Assembly: GCA_043228905.1 (NCBI GenBank)
Contig: JBHGNT010000008.1
Location: 3,596,001-3,660,000, forward strand
DNA: 64,000 nt
Direction: 5' to 3'
Source: Azolla caroliniana
Taxonomy: Eukaryota > Plantae > Polypodiophyta
A program made the translations under genes and the position numbers. The first letter of the stretch is position 1; every line of letters begins with the position of its first letter. The notes beneath the pieces are model-generated. The model was not told where the DNA came from, made no database searches, and saw only the letters and a list, made by a program, of their open reading frames with translations. Below, piece by piece: positions 23,411 to 36,349 of this stretch.

Positions 23411-26400
23411 TAGAACTTTGTCCGTCGGACCCACGGTTCACAATGTGGAGGGGTAACCATGGATTTGGCAAAAACAAAACAAATTACAAAAATTGTTGGT
23501 TTATATGAGGGCTTATAGGTTTGTTTTATTCCGCTTCCAATATGCCGAGGATATCCACGGGGGTGTGGGGTTGGTCTGGCTACTCGGAAGGTGGGATTGG
23601 TGATGGAGGTTTTGTTGCCGAGTCGGGGATGGTTGTGTCATCATGTGCACCCTCCTCTGTTGGGACCGATTCAGGCAGGGTCGTGATTGTAGTTTGTGGC
23701 TCGAGTGGGATGTGGGGGTCTATAGGGGCATGTTCCTCCGGTCTAGCTTCCGTGGTGGGTGGCTCGGGTCCTTGCTCGTTGGTCGTGGGAGCTCTATTAA
23801 TCCCGATAGCTAGGCGTTCCTCCACGTAAGCTTCGGCTTCTAAGCGAAACACTATTAGATCGTCGTTGAATTCCTCTAAAAGTTGCTCAATGGCCGCGGT
23901 GTGGGACGCTTCTAAGGTAGGATATTCCTCAGTTAAGTCTTCACGGAGGATCTAGATGTTGGTGTCATCCATCTTGTAAAACCCTCGGCCCTCCTTCCGT
24001 CGGTTCTCGGCATCTGCGCATAGTATGTGTAGGTCCACGGCTTGGGCAGACCACTCCTGCTAGACATGGTCAAGCGTTTCTTCGATCTTCTTGGTGAATT
24101 GTTGGCGATACTTGTTGATCAGGATCTTGATTTTAGTATTGTCCATGCTGATGCTAGCTCAGTGAACTTCCACTTCCTCCCTTGCGTCCTTGGCTTCTTC
24201 TTGGCTTTTGCGGACGAGGAGCGCTAAAGTGGCTTGATTTTCTTTTTCTTTTTCGGTGATGAGCGCGATTGTCTGCTCATAATGTTTGGTGAGCTGAGCT
24301 ACAGTTTCGTCCATGTCTTGGCTCTAAGTGTCCCGATTTTGTTCTCTGGCGGCAATATGCTCCGTTTTCAACTGGTGATATGCATTGGAAATTTTTGCCC
24401 TTTGCTCTTCCGAGATCCTCCACTTCTGCATATGTTTGTTTGCCATTTCTTGTAAGGCCCTTTGATGACGTCATAATTCCTGGTTGTCTACGAATAGCTC
24501 TTGTTCCCGTTGGCTATTCCGCTCTGCTTCTTTGGAAACGCTCTTTGGCTTTAGTGATAGAGACCTCTCATTCTTGCTCTTTGAGTGCGTCTAAGCTTTT
24601 AGCGAGCATTCACTTGAGGTCAGCTTCACGACTCGCGACTTGTTCCCGTAGTTGGCCAAGAATGTTGTTGTGGTTTTGTTTTGCTAACTTGGCCAGAGCG
24701 ATCTGGGTCTTAAGCTCCTCCTGGTAGTCCCGAAGGGGAGGCCCAATCTGGGTTACCGCTTGCTAGATTTGGGGAGAGGGTTCCTTGTCTGTCTGTGTAG
24801 ATCATTCCATGACGACCGGTGATGGTAGCGTTTGCGTGGAGGCGTGGCTGGTTTGGGGGTGTGGGCTGATTTCTGCCCATGACGATGGCTCGCTTCTCTG
24901 TACCAAGTCCGTCATTGTGCTGGAATCGACCGTGGCTACCCTGGGGTGAGCGGTGTCGTCTTTGTGTGCTTCGGTACCTGCAACGCTCAAGCTCGGGTTC
25001 GGAAGAGTGGCTGGTGAGATAGCGTGACTCGGCCCAGGGAGGCTTAAGGGTAGTTGTTCTTGATGTTGTTGCTTGAATGTCGCCAGTTTCTCCTCGGCAG
25101 CTTGCCATAGCTCGATAGCCCGTTTGGCTTGCTGATGCGCCATTTTGATACGTCGGGCCATGTCCTTGGCTGCCCGAGTAGTGTGGTGCAGATTTCGATA
25201 CGCCTCGACTAAGGCCATGTTCAGATCTGGTAGTTCCATGAGGAGCGAAGCATTCTGTGCTTGCTTCTTCCGTTCTATCTTCTGTAAGGCTCGATCGTCG
25301 TGAGGTTCAATTTCTCCCATTAGAGCGTGTTGGATCATCTTTGTTTCAAAGTGCTCCTCGGCCATACGAGCGGCGACAGCTACTTGGGCGCGCGTGAGCA
25401 AATCCATTAACTCATATGTTGTGCCCAGTCAAAGTAGTGCACTGAACTCGTATGCCTCCGCGGGGAGATCTTTGTAACTGAGGACTTCCTCCTCTGATAT
25501 CTGCGTGGTTTGTCCATGCTGAATCCTACCGACTTGAAGCCATGACTCCGCTGGTACTAAGGCCGCGGAGGTTGGGCTAGCCTCTTTTGATTTTTGCAGA
25601 TGGTTGGCCTCGATTGCTGTGTTTGACTCTTGAATGATGCGGCGTCTTTTTGGTGGCTAATCCTGTGAGTCTGGGCCTGGTGGTGTTGGCTCCTCGGCTT
25701 CTTTACTCTTTTGTTGTTGTATGCCCGAGTGTTACTGGCTTGTGGGCCGTGGGCTTGGTTGTGGAGAGGGCATTGATGTCCTTGGCGTTTTCTGGCATAT
25801 GGTGACATCCGCAGTGATGGGCTCCTCGGCCTCGTCCCATTTGACACGAGTCGCTCTTAACGCCCGTTGTTTCTGTGTTTTTGGTAGGGGTGGTGTCGAG
25901 GCAGAAGTAGGGTTCCGGACGGCCGAGGGAGGTGGAGAAGGCGAGGGGTCTTCCCATTCTTCCTAGGTTAACGCCAAAGTCTTCTCCCGTTGTTTTCTTG
26001 GTCGTGGGGGGGAGGTCAGGATGCGACAAGGGGAAACCGAAGGAGGTGGGTAGAGGACTGTGAGGAAGTGATTAATCACATGCAACAAGCGCTTACCGGT
26101 TTCAAAAGATTTGAGCGCCGCATGGACTCCTTCATTGGTGATGATTCCCCAATCGATTTTGTTGCCTTCATACGCCCGGATGATGATGGCGGCTTTGTTC
26201 TGTGGCATACTCGTGGGATTTGTATGCACAAAGGCATATTCCATCAAAATCCGAGCGATCTCCCAAAAGCTTTGTTTGGCCCTCCATAAGTGTAGTAAGC
26301 TTTACCCGACATCGAATACATCCCAAAATATTCCTTGATGATTGACTCGGGAGGGATTTTGACCTCATGGTCTCCGCCCCGCGCAAGGTCCAAAGCCGCT

Positions 26401-26442
26401 TGAATCATGTTGTTGGATACCGTGTCAGGGTGGATTCTGCGT

Positions 26443-29400
26443 TGTCGTGTTACTACGCTTTCACGGGTGAAATGAGACGGAACCGCGGGGGCCCTGAACC
26501 AAGGAGCGTGAGACAGGAGAGAGAGAGAGAGAGAGAAAGAAAGAGTTTTGCTGAACACAATGAAAGAGAGAGAGAGAGAGAAAACAGAACAATTCGATTA
26601 TAACACCAATAACGATTACAACTGGCACACCGGCAATGGACCCAACACAGGAGTCCACACAGGCACACACACAGATGTCACACGCCAAACACAAAAACGC
26701 GAAGGGAGAGCCTCTGTTGGAAGCGCACGGGCTGTCCACGAAGCAGAGGCTACGATCTCCAAAACCCGCAAAGAATGAAAACCGAAGGAGGAGAGAGAGA
26801 GCTCGGTACACAGTTCGGCAGCACTTTGTCCTCGCTAACGCATGATAACTTGTTCTTCCTTCTCTTCTTCCTTATATAGGTCATTGGGGAGAGACCGTTC
26901 TCCTTCAGTCACAGTCACATTACTTTACTCTCTGTCCCTTCGGAGAGAGATACGCATCGATTTCGTAATAAATATGTCACGCCTAGTATATTTACATCAG
27001 CAGCCCTACACATAATTATGTACAAGTTATCAATTCACACGCCCACACATGGAAGGGCCGGTTCGCGCATGTTTTCTCTCGTTTCCTCATCGGGACAGTT
27101 TTCTCCACGACATCCACCCCCACTAAACCGCGCGTCCACCGGTACGCGCTAGATACAATACTGGTCGGAGAAAACTAGCCCGCCTTCACCCGTCGCTGCC
27201 CGGATCCTCGTATGTTTCGAGCCAGTCGTCGTCGTCGGTCGTGCGTTCCGGGTCTGGCTCTTCCTCTTGCCGTTTCTTGAATACCTTGACCCTTTTCCTT
27301 GCCACCGGCACCGCCATCCGTGTCCCGTCGAGCTCCGCGAAATGATACGTGTCGTTGTCGTTCGCACTTGTTATCGTATAGGGCCCGAACCAACTCCTCG
27401 CAAACTTATGCACCGCCTTGTGCTGATTGTCGAGGCTGTTATCGTACATTAGCACGCAGTCACCTTCCTCGATCTTCCTCGGCCTCAATCGGTGAGTACG
27501 GTCGAACCGACCTTTGTTCCTTTCTCGTGTTGTACGCAGCCTTTCCTTCGCCTGCTCCACGTCTTCCGGTCTTCGCTTGAGTTGCCAGATCCTCGCTACC
27601 AGCAACTCTTCCCGACTCATCTCGTCCTTCTAGTCCATTGCGGCCCACGAAGTGATCGTTTTCTCCGCCAGCATGATTGGCTTTTGCCCGTACATCAGCT
27701 CCGTTGGCATGAACCCCATCACCGAACTGTGCGTAGTTCGATCCGTCCATAGTGCGTAAGGAAGAAGCCACAGCCAATTCCTGACCTGTCCTTCCCATGC
27801 ACGTATTAACGCCTTCACAATGGGCCCATGACCACGCTCTACCTTCCCGTTAGCCTCTGGATTGTATGTCGTGGTGAGCGACAGTTTAACCCCTAGCCGG
27901 TCAAACAGCTCCTCAGCTTCCTGCACGTCTAGCTCTCCCCGATCCGCTACGATCTTCCCAACGCACCCGTACCGGCATATCATATCTTCTATTAGAAACC
28001 AACACACGGTTCCGCGGAGAGCCGTTTGCGCTTCACCAAGTCCACAATGGAGTCGTGGAACTCCTTTTTGGCGATTCCAAGCACCTCCCTCAGCGACAGC
28101 TCCACCTTGTTGTCGAGGATTCGCTCTTCGAGGACCTTCCGCAGGTCCGTCGTTCTTCCTATCTCGGTGCTCAGCTAGTACCCGGCAAGCTTGGCCTTGT
28201 CCGGTATGCCAGAAATTCCGGCGTCACTATTTTTCGGGCCGAACCAGGTGTCGTACCGCTACGAGGGACCGGCCCCTCTAGCCTTTCCCACGCGCTTGTC
28301 TTCCACCAGAACCTTGTAGTTCTGGCATGGAGCTTCTACGAAGCCAGACTTTTCTTCGACCGGGTCGTCCCACCCGGTGACTTCTCGGATCCACTGCTCC
28401 GCATGGTCCGCTTCTTCCTTCTTTAACCGGATTCCGGAGAGGCCTTCCAGCACTAGTGGCCAGAACCCAGAGTGGCTTGCCTTCTGTCCTTCGTTGCCCC
28501 CGACCCAGATTCCTGCCGACGCCGCATAATTCACGGCCTTAGTGTGTCGTGCGGCGGCCTCTTCCATCAGCCTCTTCATTCCACCACGCCCGGTATTCAC
28601 TTCCAAGGCTCTCCGAGTCTCACTGGAATGCACCTGGCCACCCCAGAGGTACACTGTGTTAGTTCCAGGGCATGGCCGAATGCGTCGCACCATATGCATC
28701 GTTGCCCTGCCGGTGACCTTCGGTCACGAGACTGGTCGCCGATGTCCCGTCGTGCCTGCGCGATCTGGAGGTCGCGCACCATTTGTGTCAATTCTTCTAG
28801 CGCCGCCCCTCCGGAGGGACCTTTGACCACGTTGCTTGACACCAACCCCGTCTCAAGCCAATTTCGGGTTTCTTCTTTTCGTGCAGGCGAAGACTCCTCG
28901 AACTGCCTTGCCGGGACGAGCCTTGCTGCCAACGACCCTTCATCACTCCATTCCCGTCGTTTATCGAAATGGCTGCAGACTCCTTTAACCCCGGCCCAGT
29001 CAGTCGTGAGCCCTTCATCAATCTCTAGAGGAGACCTACCTTCTCTCTGTCCAATGCGTCAACAGTTTTGAAGAACAGCAATACACGGCTCGTATCCAGC
29101 ACGGTCCGGTCTAACGCCGACAACTACGCGAACCGCGTTTCGAAATCCCGAAGGAGCGCCAATGTGCTCCTCCCCTTTCCAAGTCTTTCGACCCATGCCA
29201 TGAAGTCCCGCTTCAACAGTCGAAGCGAGTCGTCGAACCCATACTTTTCGAGGAGCCGCTCCCCGAAGGCCTCCCATGTCCGGCATCCGGCCAGCACCTC
29301 GAGCACCTCTGCATGGATGCTCGGCGTCACCACTCAAGGGAATCCGGACAGCTGTCTATCTTCAAGGATGTCCCTCATGATCATCTCGGCCCGATAGGCC

Positions 29401-32400
29401 TCCAAATAGCTCGTGGCGTTCTTACCACCGAATCGTCCTATGATGCTGACGATCGATTCTATGGCTCTATCGAGGGTACATGTTCCCTCACGAGCGCTCA
29501 CTAGCCGGTCAACGGCTACTACCATAGCTTCAGCAAGCTCAGATCCCCTCATCTTCAACTCCTTTGCCGCCTCCTTCACATCGGGTTCACCAAATATGTC
29601 GTGTTACTACGCTTTTGCAGGTGAAATGAGACGGGACTGCGGGTGCGCTGAACTAAGGAGTGTGAGAGAAGAGAGAGAGAGGAATTTTTGCTGAAAACAA
29701 TGAAAGAGAGAGAGATAGAAAACAGAACAATTCGATTATAACACCAATAACGATTACAACGGGCACACCGGCAACGGACCCAACACAGGAGTCCACGCAC
29801 GCCCACACACAGATGTCACACGCCAGACACAGAAACGCAAAGGGAGAGCCCCTGTTGGAAGCGCACGGGCTGTCCACGAAGCAGAGGTGACGATCTCCAA
29901 AACCTGCGGAGAATGACAACCGAAGGAGGAGAGAGATAGCTCGGTACACGGTCCGGCAGCAATTCGTCCTCGCTAACGCATGATAACCCATTCTTCCTTC
30001 TCTTCTTCCTTATATAGGTCGTTGGTGAGAGACCGTTGTTGCGTTTTTACACACGTGCGTGTAGAAGGGGCGGGACCACGGGGGTCTCGGACTAGAGAAG
30101 AAGGGAAGCCAAGAAGACGATTCCGGACGCGTTCCGGAGGCAACCGAGAGAGAGAGAGAGAAGAGGGAGAGCGTGTGCGCGACACCTACTCCTTTGCACA
30201 GGAAGCAAAGGGGTTGTGCTTTCGACACCACCAAGTACACCGATATGCACAAACAGACACAAATTTTTATATTACAAGGGAAATAGTACAAATCCGGCTT
30301 CGAGCCGGATCAAGGTAGGTTGCAGCCCCAGTCGACTGTCAAGCCGCCAGTCGGGGAGCTCACGGGCTATCGCGCCGAGCGGGGTCTTGCACAAGACCGA
30401 GCAGAAGCAAACCTCAAAAAGGTGTGGGGGGGATACAACCACAGCCCCGAGCCGACTACGCACAGAAGAAGAGAAACTAACCTAACAACTTGCCGTCATA
30501 ACTACTACTCGACTCCTTGAGAAGGAGAAGAAAAGAAAAGAAGAAGAACAACAAAGAATGTAGCTAACCCTAGAAAGAAAACACAAAATGATATACCCTT
30601 ACCACTCAAAATGGGCAACCCCTTCACAAGAGGCGCTCCCTTCCTTTTATAGAACAAGGAGGGAGATGCGTTACAATGTGGGATAAATCCCTTTTTACAT
30701 GGGATCCTCTGTCCTGACTTAACTCCTATTATTCACACGCTTTACAAGGGTAAGTGCACATGGTGCACACCGCCGAGTCTCCCGATATTCTTCGATTCTG
30801 CCTAGGGAAGGATTTCTCCACGACACCTGCCCCCACCTAACCGCGTATCCACTAGTATACGCCAAAATAGACTCTTTGCCAGAGAAGACCGGCCCACGCT
30901 TACCCTTCGTCCTCCGAATCGTCATTCGCTTCGAACCAGTCGTCCTCGCTATCCAAGTCGCCCAGGTTCAGTTCATGCTCGTGCGCTTGCTTCTGTATAG
31001 GCCCATTCGACCTGTCAATAGGTCGTTCGCCGTGACCCCGTAGTACGCGTACTTCGTTGTTGGCCCTTTACTTAGCCGAATGCACGTTCCTCTATCCCTT
31101 TGGCCTGTGGGTGTCCTCCGCGTCTGAGGAATACCCGTAGTAGCCTGTTTGGACCCTCTTTCGTCTTGCGCCGCTGCCGCCGGGTTGAAGCCTTTCTCTT
31201 GTCGTCGTCCCCTCGCCCCCACCAGCTTGTCATCTCGGGCTTGGCTTGCCACGCTACTCGTTGTCACTCCAACTAAGCCGTCGAAATCTCCGAAGCGGGC
31301 ATGGAGGATCCTTCTCCGGCCTGTATCTTTCCCGGTTTTTGACCCGTGCAGCTCGTCGCACACCCCTTTCCGCGTTCCCGGCACCACCACGTGCATGTCG
31401 TCCTTTAGTCGTGCTCCGATTCGGCCCTCAATGGCCACTTGCACGATTCTCCTTCAACTCTAGGTGTGCCCTTCCCGGCTTGGCACACCGCCCTTACTTG
31501 CCCTTACCGGCCCTTTCAAAAACCGTAACCGGCCGATAAGGGTTTTGCACTTAGACAGCTTCCGTCTTGCCGGCTATTGTCGATGTCGGGTTCTGTTCAT
31601 TGCCGCCACCATCCTTCTCTCTCGGTCTTACGTTGCCTCGTTTGCCGAAAAGCTGGAGTCTCCGGATCGGTGTGAAGATCACATAGGACCGGTCTTTGGT
31701 TCGATACTTGCCGAAATTTGGGTGTCTTTTGTGTCTTCAACGTAGTCGGGTCCCGTTTCCCACCGCCACCAACCTTCTCTCAAGGTCTCACGTTGCCACG
31801 TTGGCCGAACTGCCAAAGTCTCTGGTCTAGTGTGGGGATCCCATAGGACCGGACCTCCTTATGCTCATGACCTTGCCAGTAGGTCTGATTCGGTTCGTAG
31901 CCGCCTCGCCGGCCTGATACCTTCCTGCTCTGCTTTCCGTCGTCCGATCACGTTCACCTGCCGCCACCGTCCCTTCCTATAGGACTCACGCCGGCACTCG
32001 GGCCGACCACCAGATCGAGATGAGGATCTTTGTGGGACCTCCCCTTCTGACTTCGGTTGCCCGCCTTGCCTCCGCCACTGTTCCTTACTCTAGGTCTCAC
32101 GCAGGCTCTCGTTGCCGGCTGCCGGAGTCTCTAGAACCGGTGTGTGTAAGGTCGCAGCAGCACCGCCCTGCCTTCGTTGTCCTCCACATCGGCCTCTTCG
32201 GCTGGTCGCGTTCACCTGCCGCCACCATCCCTTCCTATAGGACTCACGCCGGCACTCGGGCCGACAGCCGGATCGGTGTGAGGATCTCCACAAACCGCCC
32301 ATCCGCAGTTCTTCGCCCTCGTCCCCTCGCCGCCACCGATCATCACTCTAGGTCTCACGTCGGCTCTCAGGCCGACGGCCCGTCGGAGTCTGTAGAACCG

Positions 32401-35400
32401 GTGTAAAGGATCCTCCTCGGGCTTGTCGTATCTCTGACCCTTATCCTGGGTCTTCCTTCTTTCGCAAGTTGAGAGGGTGGCTCGCTCCAGACCCTCTCCC
32501 GTGGTACCGATGTACCATGTTCCCGACCTCTTCGTAGGCCTGCTATCTTCCTCCCTTCCAAAATGGTTATCCGGAAGTCCGCTCCACCCGGTTCTCGTCT
32601 GTCATTCTCTGGATTGCCGGGTCCCGTTCTCCTGTCGCCACCGACCTCTCCTATAGGACTCATGTCGGCACTCGGGCCGACAGCCGGATCGGTGGGAGGA
32701 CTTCCGTAGGACCGGTCTTCATTCTCCACTTCATCCCTTGACTCGTCGTCGCTTTCCTTGTTGTGTTCTCGCCTCCATCTCCCATCCCTTTCGGTCTCAC
32801 GTTGCCATGTCGGCCGAACTGCCGAGTCTCTGGACAAGATGTGGGGAAACCGATTTCGTAATGTCTTCCGGCGACTAATCCAGGCCACCGACCCTTTTAG
32901 TGGTGTCGGTGGAAAGCATCCGCTCTATGATCGATCAAGCCCTCCTGGGCTTGACTCTCCAATGTCCAGAGTTTCGGCTCTGATGCCGACCTTGCCGGAC
33001 TCGTTCCGTACCCTCGATCATCTTCTTCCCGATTCCTGACCTTCGCCCGATCGGTCTTTCTCCCCATGTAAAAGAGGGTGGCTCATTCCGCACCCTCTCC
33101 CGTATCGGCACCTTCATGTCGATTCTGGCCCTGATCGAACAATCCACGACCAGATCACGCGCCACCCGTATCGGAGCGTCGCACTGTTCGGTCCTTGGTC
33201 GGGTCGTTTCTTGGTCTCTTCGTCGACCTTTTCGTGGGCCATCTCCCATCCATCTTCGTTGGCATCGTGCCAGGACTCCTCAATACTGTCATCCATCTCC
33301 TCGGTCTCACATGGATGTAAGGGCCCGAACGCCGAGTTCTCCGGAATCGGTTCCGAGGGCTCTTGTCTGCTCCCTCCTCGTATCATCTCGTCGGCGATTC
33401 TCGGTCTCACGCCACCACCTTCCTCCTCTAGGGACTCATGTGTGCACTCGGGCCCGACTGCCATCGTCTCGGGAGCAAGTGCGGGAAGACGTGTAGAATC
33501 TCCCGTCCTGTTTACGCCCCCCTGTCCGTAGCCACCGGCTCTTCGTGGTCGGTGGTCATCTCCTTACCGATCGCGCAAGCCCCACCTGGGCTTGCTTCTC
33601 CAACGGCTGGAGTTTCGGGCTGACGTGCCCGTAACCGCCGGTCCCAACGTTCCGATTCCGCAATCGGTATCTCGGCCTTGTCCTCGGCCATTCTATTTTC
33701 ACAAGTCGAGAGGGCGTTTTGTTTCGCACCCTCTCTCGTGGTACCGTGGTACCGATCTTCTACCATATTGTGGGGCAAGTTCAGCTCCTTGGCGTCGGCT
33801 TGCGGCCTCGATCTTTCCTCTTCCTCGAGCATCGCCTTGAGAGCCGCGTACGCCTCCGCAATCCTGGCCCCGAAACCGAGCCTTGCCGACTCTCTTTGTC
33901 GTTCGGCCTCTTCCCGCTATAATGGCGCACCATCGCGCGCCTTCCTCCTAGCCTTCTCGGCCCGCTCGTCATCTAGTCGTTGGCATACCCTTCCGACCTT
34001 CAACCAGTCCTCCGTAAGGCCATTCGCTCCATCCTCATCTTCAAGCTCAATCCCAATGGCCTCCCGTTCCGCTCGGTCGATCGACCTGACGAACAACAGG
34101 ACTTTGTCCGCCCCCACCAAACCTTGTTCCCGCTCCGAGAACCGAGCAAGCCGCCGCTCGAACTCTCGGAACACCTTCATTGCGCCCCGGTGGGTCTTCG
34201 CCGATGCAACCCACTGGTCAAAGTCGCGTCGTCCCCGACTCTTCCACCATCCTCCATATGCCTACAGGAGCGCCTCTTCAAAGGCCTCCCACGAACTATG
34301 AGCTTCTCGGAGCTCCTTCACTTCCGCATGCATACGAATGGCGACGGCCCGACAGAAGAACTCCAACCTCAACGCTTCGTCCACGTCTCGCTCCTCCATT
34401 TCCGCATTGTAGGCTTCCAAGTAGAATGGGACCTTGTCCCCGTTGAAATGGCCGACTCTTTCGACCACTCGCTCAACCACTTGTTGCGCCGACTCTCGTC
34501 TTACTGTTGCTCGTCCAAACTCCCTCATCACTTCGACAGAAAGTTGCGCGAAGTCGTCTTCTTCCAACTCCATTCTCCCTTGCTGCCCTTTCACATCAGG
34601 TTCACCAAAGATGTCGCATTTTTACGCGCGTGCATGTAGAAGGGGCGGGACCACGGGGGTCTCAGACTAGAGAAGAAGGGAAGCCGAGAAGACGATTCCG
34701 GACGCGTTCCGGAGGCAACCAAGAGAGAGAGAGAGCGTGCGCACGACACCTACTCCTTTGCACAGGAAGCAAAGGGGTTGTGCTTTCGACACCACCAAGT
34801 ACACCGATATGCACAAATAGAGACAAATGTGTATATTACAAGGGAAATAGTACAAATCCGGCTTCGAGCCGGATCAAGGTAGGTTGCAGCCACAGTCAGC
34901 TGCCAAGCCGCCGGTCGGGGAGCTCACGGGCTGTCGCGTCAAGCGGGGTCTTGCACAGGACCGAGTAGAAGCAAATCTCAAAAAGGGGGCGGGGGGGGGA
35001 TACAACCACGGCCCCGAGCCGGCTACGCACAAAAGAAGAGAAACTAACCTAACATCTTGCCGTCATAGCTATTGCTCGACTCCTCGAGAAGGAGAAGAAA
35101 AGAAACGAAGAAGAAGAAAGAATGTAGCTAACCCTAGAAAGAAAACACAAAATGGTATACCCTTACAACTCAAAATGGGCAACCCCTTCACAAGAGGCGC
35201 TCCCTTCCTTTTATAGAACAAGGAGGGAGATGCGTTACAATGTGGGATAAATCCCTTTTTACATGGGATCCTTTGTCCTGACTTAACTCCTATTATTCAC
35301 ACGCTTTACAAGGGTAAGTGCACATGGTGCACACCGCCGATTCTCCCGATATTCTTCGATTCCCCCTAGGGACGGTTTTCTCCACAACACCGTTCTCCTT

Positions 35401-35607
35401 CAGTCACAGTCACATTACTTTACTCTCTGTCCCTTCGGACAGAGATACGCATCGATTTCCTAATAAATATGTCACACCTAGTATATTTACATCAACTGCC
35501 CTACACATAATTATGTACAACTTATCAATTCACACGCCCACACATGGAAGGGCCGGTTTGCACATGTTTTCTCTCGTTTCCTCATAGGGACGGTTTTCTC
35601 CATGACA
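26443..35607 (-). mobile_element. Internally deleted Ty3/Gypsy element with tRNA-Trp PBS (gag plus IN C-half; PR/RT/RH largely missing)
   Basis: LTRs 26443-27112 and 29597-30036 plus 35390-35607. PBS TGGTGAACCCGATGTGA. 4-bp TSD GCGT/ACGT. IN motifs IVADRGEL, YNPEANGKVERGH, WFGPY. Confidence 0.9.
30037..35389 (-). mobile_element. Gag-only non-autonomous Gypsy element with tRNA-Trp PBS
   Basis: LTRs 30037-30825 and 34612-35389. PBS TGGTGAACCTGATGTGA. G-rich PPT. 4-bp TSD CCGT. Gag-like ORF (VGHFNGDKVPFYLEAY) with repetitive charged tail; no pol motifs seen. Confidence 0.88.
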
Positions 35608-36349
35608 ACGTGTTATCGCTTGGGCGTCAGGGTGCGTTGGGGTGTCAATGACCCGTAAGTACCCACCCAGTCCTCGTTGTTGTAGCCAAGAACGGGTTTC
35701 CTGCGATGCGGCGAGAGGCATGGTAGATGTGAAGGTTTGTTGGCCGGAGGCGTGGGGGGAAGCAATGAGACGAGGGGGAGACAGAGCGTTGGGGGAACGT
35801 TGTTGGTCTGTGCAAGGGCTACGAGGGTGAGAGGTAGGATTCCATTGGTAGGGGCGATGAGAACGAGATAGAGCTGCGGTGCTTGAAGGCAGTGAAGGCA
35901 AGAACGCGTCTGAGTGAGTGGGCGCGTTGTGTGTGGGGTAGTTTCTTTTATGTGATTGCCTAGGGTTTTGTGTAGGGAGAAGATCCTTGAGATTCCTGGT
36001 CATGGCTGCCATAATAAGGTATTATCGCCATTGCGTCCCAGGAGTGCTAGTCTGGTGTGCATGCTCCTGAAATATTCTATTTTAAAGTGGATGTGACTAG
36101 TTGGTGCGCCTAAAGAAAATCTCATGATTTGGGGTGATTAGTTAGGTAATTTTAGGTAATGCTAATTTAACTACTAAAAATCATTCCTACTATATACATT
36201 TGGTGGGTAGGTCATGATTTTACCGATGGGGACACGTGGCCTCATTCGAGGCGTCGTCCGTGTTCTGGTCCATGCCATCGGTCTTGGCGAAAGTATTAAC
36301 TAGGGTCGTCCTGTGGTAAGGTTGAAGTCGGAATGTGTCGTGTCACTGG

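Larger units (their letters stand above)
23580..36012 (-). pseudogene. Additional ORF downstream of pol (~3.3 kb, ~1100 codons), split by the nested element 26443-35607
   Basis: Pieces at 36012-35612 and 26442-23580 read as one protein across the insertion site (...DAQAIT / RRIHPDTV...); Pro/Thr-rich linkers and coiled-coil segments; scattered stops and frameshifts. Confidence 0.7.

Noticed and set aside
23393-23470. Complete tRNA gene
   Set aside because: Only a 3'-end-like segment is present; no D-arm, anticodon arm or 5' acceptor strand.
27862-35216. Many long plus-strand ORFs antisense to Gypsy coding regions
   Set aside because: Expected shadow ORFs in GC-rich sequence; no motifs.
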